A stretch of DNA of 64,000 nt from Alphaproteobacteria bacterium (GTDB lineage Bacteria > Pseudomonadota > Alphaproteobacteria > GCA-2746255): positions 672,001-736,000 of the forward strand of contig OZ252220.1 of the NCBI GenBank assembly GCA_965249135.1, in the 5' to 3' direction. This document shows positions 57,422 through 64,000 of this stretch, piece after piece. A program made the translations under genes and the position numbers. Under the pieces are notes generated by a model. The model was not told where the DNA came from and did no database searches. It was given only the letters and a program-made list of their open reading frames with translations. The first letter of the stretch is position 1, and each line of letters starts with the position of its first letter.

Positions 57422-58568
57422 TTAAGGAAGAAGGATCTCGACCCGGCGGTTCCTGGGTTCGCGCACATTATCCGGCGTCGCCACCAGAGGATCGCTCGCC
57501 CTTGCCAAGGATCGCGATGCCGTTCGCCGCCACCCCCTGTCCGATCATGAAGCTCTTCACCGACGCGGCCCGGCGTTCGGAAAGCGACTGGTTGTAGCGG
57601 CGCGAGCCGGAACGGTCGGCATGACCGGTCAATTGGATGACGGTGAGCGTGCCCTGCTTCGCGGCGGCAGCCGCCTCGACCAGGATCTGCACCGCATCCG
57701 GCCGGATGGCGGCCTGGTCCCAATCGAAGAAGACGAGGAAGGTCTGCTTCTCTCGCGGCGCAACTGGCGGGGCCGACGGCGTCACTCGCGAGGCCGGGCG
57801 GGGCTGGGCAGCGGCGGTTCGCCGCGGCGCGCGCTCGGCGACCCGGCGGGCCGGCTTCAAAGGCTTCGCAAGCTTCGAAGGTTTCGCCGCCGCTTGCCGA
57901 TCGAAATGCCAGGTGAGGCCGAACAGGATCGAATGGTCTTCGACGCCGCTTTCGACGCTCTCGCCGGCAACCGTCACGAATTCCGGGCCGACCGTCGTCA
58001 GATACCGGTAGTCGACATTGGCCGAAAGCCGCGGGGTGAGCGTATGGCTGACGCCGAAAAGCACCTAGTAGGCAAAAACGCTGTCATCTTCATCGATGAG
58101 CCGCACGCCATTTTGCGTCACGTCGTTGAGCGACACATGCGCCGTGCCGAGGCCGACGCCGAGATGCAGCCCTAAGAACCGGTCCGGTGCAATCTCGGCC
58201 CTGTAGAAGTCGTAGATGAAGTTTGCCGTCACGGTGCGGATCGAACGGTCGCCCCCCACGGCGCCCGTGCCGCCGGTCAAGCTGTCGATATCGTTCTCGC
58301 GGTAGAGAAACTCGCCTTCGATGCGGAACCCCCGGAAGTCATAGCCGACTGCAGCCCCGGCCAGGTAGCCGCCGCTGAATTCGCTCGTACGGTTGAAGGT
58401 GCTGCCCAAAAGGCCGGTGATATCCTCCGGGTCCGGGAAACTCCCGCCGGCCTGGGCGCGCAAATACCATGCTTCGCCGTTCGCGGCCCCGGCCGGGCCT
58501 GCGAAGGCGAGCGCGAGCAGAAGAACCGCCATTCCCGCCCCAAGATTCGGGAATTTCATGCCTGCCAC
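57422..58568 (-). pseudogene. OmpA family protein (beta-barrel + peptidoglycan-binding domain), nonsense plus frameshift
   Basis: TAG at 58065 where FAYQ is expected; VFFDWD, TGHADRSG, YNQSLSERRA; terminal VREPRNRRVEI shifted out of frame near 57495. Confidence 0.85.
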
Positions 58569-58698
58569 GGTGGGATACCCCCTCGAAGAAGATTGGTTAA
58601 GATTACGGGAAATCGGGGCCGAAAGTCGAGCCCCGACACAGACTTGACCCCTTCACGGGTAAGCCTTGGCAGGCCATGGTTTTTCGGGCCCAAGATCT

Positions 58699-60150
58699 CT
58701 ATTCGGCGAGTTTCTTCTTCAGGATCTCGTTCACGAGCTTCGGGTTCGCCTTGCCGTCCGTCGCCTTCATCACCTGGCCGACGAAATAGCCGAACAGCTT
58801 CTCCTTGCCGCCTTTGTAGTCGGCAACCTTCTCGACCTCGCCCCCCAGCACCTTCACGATTGCCGCCTCGATGGCGCCACTGTCCGTCACCTGGCGCAGC
58901 CCCTTCGCTTCGACGATCGCAGCGCTTGGTTCGCCGGTCTCCACCATCTCGGCGAAGACGTCCTTCGCGATCCGCCCGGAAATCGTAGCGTCGGCGATGA
59001 GGTCGATGAGCCCGCCGAGGTTTTCCGCCGAGACGGGCGAGGCCGCAATCGCAACGCCCTTCTTGTTCAGCGCGCCGAAGAGTTCGCTGATCACCCAGTT
59101 CGCGGCCAACTTCGCGTTCCGGCCCTTCGCCACCTTCTCGTAATAGGCGGCGTTTTCCTGCTCGGAAACGAGCACGCCCGCGTCATAAGCCGAAAGGCCA
59201 TATTCGGCGATAAAGCGTTCCTTCTTCGCGTCGGGAAGTTCCGGCAACGCGGCGCGCAAATCCTCGACGTAAGCCTCGCTCAGGCGAAGCGGCAGCAGAT
59301 CCGGATCCGGGAAATAACGATAGTCGTGCGCTTCTTCTTTCGAGCGCATCGGCCGCGTCTCGCCCTTCGCCGAATCGTAAAGCCGGGTCTCCTGCACGAT
59401 CTTGCCGCCGTCCTCCAGGACTTTGACCTGGCGCTTAGCCTCGTACTCGGTGGCCTGCATGGCGAAGCGGACGGAATTCACGTTCTTGATTTCGCAGCGC
59501 GTGCCGTAAGGCTCCCCCGGCCGGCGCACGGAGACGTTCACGTCGCAGCGCATCGAGCCCTCTTCCATATTGCCATCGCAGGTGCCGAGGTAACGCAGGA
59601 TTGAGCGAAGCTTGCGAAGATAGATGCCGACTTCTTCCGGCCCGCGCAGGTCCGGCTCGGAAACGATTTCCATCAGCGCAACGCCGGCCCGGTTGAGATC
59701 GACATAGGTCTGGCTCGGATGCTGATCATGGAGGCTCTTGCCGGCGTCCTGTTCGAGATGAAGACGGGTGAGACCGATCAAACACGTCTTTCCCTCCGGA
59801 AGGTCGAGGAGGACCGCACCCTTGCCTACGATCGGATGAGTCCACTGGGAAATCTGGTAGCCGGCCGGCAGATCCGGATAGAAGTAATTCTTGCGATCGA
59901 AAACGGATACCAGATTGACCTGCGCCTTGAGCCCAAGCCCGGTTCGAACCGCCTGTCGGATGCATTCCTCGTTGATGACCGGCAGCATGCCTGGCATCGC
60001 CGCGTCGACGAGCGAGACCTGGGTGTTCGGCTCGGCCCCAAACGTGGTCGGCGCGCCGGAGAAAAGCTTCGCCTTCGAGACCACCTGGGCATGCACCTCT
60101 AAGCCGATCACGATCTCCCATTCTCCCGTCGCGCCTTCGATCCGCATCAT
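58699..60150 (-). CDS. gatB: Asp/Glu-tRNA amidotransferase subunit B
   Basis: [40 protein letters not shown]. Confidence 0.98.
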   Translation of the reverse strand: MMRIEGATGEWEIVIGLEVHAQVVSKAKLFSGAPTTFGAEPNTQVSLVDAAMPGMLPVINEECIRQAVRTGLGLKAQVNLVSVFDRKNYFYPDLPAGYQISQWTHPIVGKGAVLLDLPEGKTCLIGLTRLHLEQDAGKSLHDQHPSQTYVDLNRAGVALMEIVSEPDLRGPEEVGIYLRKLRSILRYLGTCDGNMEEGSMRCDVNVSVRRPGEPYGTRCEIKNVNSVRFAMQATEYEAKRQVKVLEDGGKIVQETRLYDSAKGETRPMRSKEEAHDYRYFPDPDLLPLRLSEAYVEDLRAALPELPDAKKERFIAEYGLSAYDAGVLVSEQENAAYYEKVAKGRNAKLAANWVISELFGALNKKGVAIAASPVSAENLGGLIDLIADATISGRIAKDVFAEMVETGEPSAAIVEAKGLRQVTDSGAIEAAIVKVLGGEVEKVADYKGGKEKLFGYFVGQVMKATDGKANPKLVNEILKKKLAE

Positions 60151-61622
60151 GCGCCGCTTTCCTTCGCGTGCTTAAGGCTGGGCGCGGCCGCCTCGAGGGC
60201 TGCTGCCGTGCGCAACACGGTCCCCTCGTCGAAGGCCCGCCCGATCAGCTGCAGGCCAAGGGGAAGGCCGTCCTCGGACAGGCCGACCGGCACCGAGATG
60301 CCCGGCAGGCCGGCCAGGCTCGCCGGCACCGTGAAGACGTCGTTCAGATACATCGCGATCGGGTCGTCTGCCTTCTCCCCGATCGGAAAGGCAGGGCTCG
60401 GGGTGGTCGGCGTCAAGAGGACGTCCACCTTCTCGAAGGCCGCCTCGAAATCACTAGCGATCAGGGTCCGCACCTTCTGCGCCTTCAAATAGTAGGCGTC
60501 GTAATAGCCGGCCGACAGCACATAGGCGCCGATCAGGATGCGGCGGCGCACTTCCGGCCCGAAGCCTTCGGCCCGTGTCTTCTTATACATATCGTCGAGG
60601 TCCTGGCCCTCGACCCGAAGGCCGTAGCGAACCCCATCGTAGCGCGCCAGGTTCGACGACGCCTCCGCAGGGGCGATGATGTAATAGGCGGGAAGCGCAT
60701 ATTTCGTGTGCGGGAGCGAGACGTCGACGATCGTAGCACCGGCTGCCTTAAGCCACGCCTTTCCCTTCTCCCAAAGCGCGACGATTTCACCAGCCGTGCC
60801 TTCCGCCTGGTATTCTTTCGGGATGCCGATCTTAAGTCCGCGGACGCCTTGGCCAAGGGCCGCTTCAAAGTCCGGGACCGGCAACTCGGCCGAGGTCGAA
60901 TCCTTCGGATCGAAGCCGGCCATCGCGCCCAGCAGGATGGCCGCGTCCCGAACGCTGCGGGCCAGAGGCCCCGCCTGATCGAGAGACGAGGCAAAAGCGA
61001 CGACCCCCCAGCGCGAGCAGCGCCCATAGGTGGGTTTAAGCCCGACGACGCCGCAGAAGGCGGCGGGCTGGCGGATTGAACCGCCGGTATCCGTCCCCGT
61101 CGCCCCTAGGCAAAGCTTCGCCGCGACGGCGGCCGCGGAACCGCCGGAGGAACCGCCGGGAACGAGCGGCCGGCTTTCGCCTTCCCGCCGCCAGGGATTC
61201 TCGGCCGGCCCGAAATAGCTCGTCACGTTCGACGAGCCCATCGCGAACTCGTCCATATTCGTCTTCCCCAATAGGACGGCACCGGCCTCCCACAGTTTTG
61301 CGGTCACCGTCGATTCGTAAGGAGGCGCGAAGCGCTCCAGGATGTGAGAGGCGGCGGTGGTGACGACGCCTTCCGTGCAAAACAGATCCTTCACCGCGAT
61401 CGGAATGCCTTCCAGCGCACGGCCTTCGCCTTTTGCCAGATGCTGATCCGCCACCTTGGCTGTGGCCATGGCGGCTTCCGGCGTTTCCGTGATGAAGGCG
61501 TTGAGCCCCCGCGCCGCTTCCATCGCGTTTAGATGCGCGCTCACCAGTTCCGTGGCGCTGAAGTCCTTCTTTCGAAGGCCATCGCGCGCCTCGGCAAGGG
61601 AAAGACGGGTAAGCTCTGCCAT
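60147..61622 (-). CDS. gatA: Asp/Glu-tRNA amidotransferase subunit A
   Basis: [41 protein letters not shown]. Confidence 0.98.
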   Translation of the reverse strand: MAELTRLSLAEARDGLRKKDFSATELVSAHLNAMEAARGLNAFITETPEAAMATAKVADQHLAKGEGRALEGIPIAVKDLFCTEGVVTTAASHILERFAPPYESTVTAKLWEAGAVLLGKTNMDEFAMGSSNVTSYFGPAENPWRREGESRPLVPGGSSGGSAAAVAAKLCLGATGTDTGGSIRQPAAFCGVVGLKPTYGRCSRWGVVAFASSLDQAGPLARSVRDAAILLGAMAGFDPKDSTSAELPVPDFEAALGQGVRGLKIGIPKEYQAEGTAGEIVALWEKGKAWLKAAGATIVDVSLPHTKYALPAYYIIAPAEASSNLARYDGVRYGLRVEGQDLDDMYKKTRAEGFGPEVRRRILIGAYVLSAGYYDAYYLKAQKVRTLIASDFEAAFEKVDVLLTPTTPSPAFPIGEKADDPIAMYLNDVFTVPASLAGLPGISVPVGLSEDGLPLGLQLIGRAFDEGTVLRTAAALEAAAPSLKHAKESGA

Positions 61623-61629
61623 GAGCGCC

Positions 61630-61917
61630 CTACTCGACGACCTTCGGAACCGTGAAGAAATCCGCCGTGTGATCCGGCGCGTTTGCCAGGATTTTCTCGT
61701 GCAGATTGCCTTCCGTCACCTCGTCCGCCCGGCGGCGCAATTCCATCGCGGCGACGGACGTCATCGGCTCGACGTTTTTGGTGTCGATCTCCGCAAGCTG
61801 CTCAACGAAATCGAGAATTTGCGAAAGCTCTCCGGCAAGCTCCTCAAGCTCATCCTCGTCCACCCGAACGCAGGCCAAAGAAGCGATGCCTGCCACGGTG
61901 GCCTTGTCCAGCGACAT
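61630..61917 (-). CDS. gatC: Asp/Glu-tRNA amidotransferase subunit C
   Basis: ILDFVEQL...VEPM...ILANAP...FFTVPKVVE. Confidence 0.96.
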   Translation of the reverse strand: MSLDKATVAGIASLACVRVDEDELEELAGELSQILDFVEQLAEIDTKNVEPMTSVAAMELRRRADEVTEGNLHEKILANAPDHTADFFTVPKVVE

Positions 61918-62002
61918 GGGGTAAATCTCTCCAGATCAAATGGTCGGAATGCCTTGAAAACCGGGGCGTCCGGCGGAATATGGGCGGAAGGTATCACCCG
62001 CT

Positions 62003-62485
62003 ATGGCGATCTGCAACCCTATGGAGCTTCGCGAACGCTTGTCCCCGGACGCGTGCCTGATCGGCCTCGACGTCGGGGAAAAAACCATCGGCGTCGCGTT
62101 TTCCGATCCCTCTTGTAAGATCGCGACCCCGTATGAGACGCTAAACCGATCAAAGTTCCAAGACGACATGGAAACATTGAAAGGGCATATTGCTGCCCAT
62201 CGCGCCGGCGGCATCGTCGTCGGCCTGCCCGTCAACATGAACGGAACGGAAGGCCCGCGCTGTCAGTCCACACGCGCCTTTGCCGACAACCTGCTTCAGG
62301 CCATCGACCTGCCACTCGTCTTCTGGGACGAGCGTTTGTCGACGGCCGCCGTGACGCGCATCCTGCTGGATGCGGACCTCTCCCGAAAACGTAGGCGTGA
62401 AGTCGTCGACAAACTCGCCGCCGCTTATATTCTGCAAGGCCTGCTCGATTCCCTCGCCGCCCTTCAACAAAAAGCCAGCCCGTGA
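62003..62485 (+). CDS. ruvX: YqgF/RuvX pre-16S rRNA nuclease
   Basis: GLDVGEKTIGVA, VGLP, WDERLST, VDKLAAAYILQ. Confidence 0.95.
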   Translation: MAICNPMELRERLSPDACLIGLDVGEKTIGVAFSDPSCKIATPYETLNRSKFQDDMETLKGHIAAHRAGGIVVGLPVNMNGTEGPRCQSTRAFADNLLQAIDLPLVFWDERLSTAAVTRILLDADLSRKRRREVVDKLAAAYILQGLLDSLAALQQKASP

Positions 62486-63699
62486 CGAGCTCCCTTGAGA
62501 ACATCCGTATCCTCGATCTCACGCGCGTGCTAGCCGGGCCAGTCTGCACACAGCTCTTGGGCGATCTGGGGGCCGACGTCATCAAGGTCGAGCGGCCCGC
62601 TATCGGCGACGACACGCGCAAATGGGGGCCGCCCTACCTCAAGGGTGGGGCCGGAAACGAGACCTCCGAAAGCTCCTATTACCTGAGCGCCAACCGCAAC
62701 AAACGCTCGATCACGCTTGACCTTGCCAAGCCGGAGGGTCAGGCCATCGCCAAGCGGCTCCTGGAAAAGAGCGACTTCCTGGTCGAGAACTTCAAGGTCG
62801 GCACATTAAAGAAGTATGGGCTTGCCTACGATCAACTCAAACCCGCCTTTCCCGCCCTCATCTACTGTTCGATCACCGGCTTCGGACAGACCGGCCCGTA
62901 TGCGCACCGGGCAGGATACGACTACCTCGCCCAGGCCATGGGCGGCTTGATGAGCATCACCGGCGAGCCCGAGGGCGCACCGCTGAAAGTCGGCGTCGGC
63001 ATCGCCGACATCATGGCCGGCATGTATGCGGCAAGCGCCATGCTGGCGGCGCTGCATCGGCGCGACGCAACGGGCGAAGGCCAATACATCGACATCGGCC
63101 TTTTGGATTCGCAGGTCGCCTGGCTCACCTATGAAGGGCAGAACTACCTCACGTCTGGTCACGTGCCGAAGCGATTGGGAAATGCGCACCCGAACATCGT
63201 GCCCTACCAGACCTTCGAGGCGGCGGACGGCTACTTCGTCCTGGCCGTCGGCAACGACCGCCAGTTTCAGAAATTCTGCAATCTTGCGGGTTGCCCGGAA
63301 CTGGCCGAGGATCCGCGTTTCCATACGAATTCGGAGCGCATAAAAAACCGCAAGGCGCTCGCCGAACGCTTAGGCGAGGTGATCGTGCAAAAGCCGATCA
63401 AGTACTGGACGGAGGAACTGGAAAAGCTGGGCGTGCCCTCAGGGCCGGTCAACGACATCCGGGAAGTGTTCGAAGACCCACACATCCGTCACCGCGAGAT
63501 GAAGATCCAGATGCCGCATACGCTTCGGGCGGATCCGCCGGTCGATTTGATCGGCAACCCGATCCGGCTTTCGAAGACGCCCGTCTCCTATCGCCACGCC
63601 CCGCCGACCCTTGGCCAGCACACGGACGAGATTTTAGGCGATCTGCTCGATATGCCGGCCAATGAGCGGGGGGACTTGCGGAAAAAGGGCATTATCTAG
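62482..63699 (+). CDS. CaiB/BaiF family III CoA transferase
   Basis: DLTRVLAGP, LGADVIKVE, NRNKRS, GFGQTGPY...GYD. Confidence 0.93.
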   Translation: MTSSLENIRILDLTRVLAGPVCTQLLGDLGADVIKVERPAIGDDTRKWGPPYLKGGAGNETSESSYYLSANRNKRSITLDLAKPEGQAIAKRLLEKSDFLVENFKVGTLKKYGLAYDQLKPAFPALIYCSITGFGQTGPYAHRAGYDYLAQAMGGLMSITGEPEGAPLKVGVGIADIMAGMYAASAMLAALHRRDATGEGQYIDIGLLDSQVAWLTYEGQNYLTSGHVPKRLGNAHPNIVPYQTFEAADGYFVLAVGNDRQFQKFCNLAGCPELAEDPRFHTNSERIKNRKALAERLGEVIVQKPIKYWTEELEKLGVPSGPVNDIREVFEDPHIRHREMKIQMPHTLRADPPVDLIGNPIRLSKTPVSYRHAPPTLGQHTDEILGDLLDMPANERGDLRKKGII

Positions 63700-63713
63700 G
63701 GGTTGCCGCTCCC

Positions 63714-63743
63714 TTGCGGAAAACGTAAGAGACGGCGTATAGT
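63714..63743 (+). promoter_or_regulatory. Sigma70-like promoter for pyrB (nearly leaderless)
   Basis: TTGCGG-N18-TATAGT ending 9 bp before the ATG. Confidence 0.45.
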
Positions 63744-63752
63744 GCCGCTTTA

Positions 63753-64000
63753 ATGAACAAGATCGGCTCCAATACCTTCTTTCCCCACAAGAATCTCCTG
63801 GGGATCGAGGGGCTTTTGGCAGACGAGATTTCCCACCTTCTCGATCTTTCCGAATCCTACGTCGAACAGAACCGCCAGGCGAACAAGAAGCGCCCGCTTC
63901 TGCAAGGCCGCACCGTCATCAACCTTTTCTTCGAAAGTTCGACGCGCACGCGGACTTCCTTCGAGCTTGCCTGCAAACGCCTCAGCGCGGATGCGATCAA
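63753..64000 (+). CDS. pyrB: Aspartate carbamoyltransferase catalytic subunit, 3'-partial
   Basis: Manual translation gives [10 protein letters not shown]...[18 protein letters not shown]; absent from the ORF track because it runs off the window. Confidence 0.95.
   Translation, partial: MNKIGSNTFFPHKNLLGIEGLLADEISHLLDLSESYVEQNRQANKKRPLLQGRTVINLFFESSTRTRTSFELACKRLSADAI

Overview
Alphaproteobacterial chromosome window (gatCAB-ruvX-pyrB synteny, GAAC-N7-GAAC LexA box). Left: the end of an IS1595 element with an RloC-like ABC ATPase as probable passenger, a GldA/F/G-like ABC system, a small EPS cluster (TviB-like dehydrogenase, MarR-EPS and NusG-paralog regulators, DegT, methyltransferase), a secreted 13-Cys NPCAAK-repeat peptide, and a DUF2849-cysI-DUF934 operon divergent from an Lrp/DecR-like regulator. 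Middle (about 18-56.5 kb): a mosaic island ending at tRNA-Ser(GCT) and a tyrosine integrase. It contains (i) a cassette-like cargo region punctuated by a 224-bp direct repeat and four IS6-type end scars; (ii) an ~18-kb defective lambda-like prophage (32.1-50.3 kb) with a large serine recombinase, a readable control circuit (SOS box, XRE/ImmA, Com-like zinc ribbon, hairpin-occluded sigma-like gene, two near-identical promoter-like motifs), replication genes, a pR'/tR'-like late promoter, a cos-like site, defence/TA cargo and a PAPS-reductase-like + ParB DNA-modification pair, cut off at a junction that also truncates ilvB; (iii) a repeat-rich autotransporter and an IS481. Right: pseudogenised ompA, gatCAB, ruvX, a CoA transferase and the start of pyrB. 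Family names come from motif recognition only; no database searches were run.
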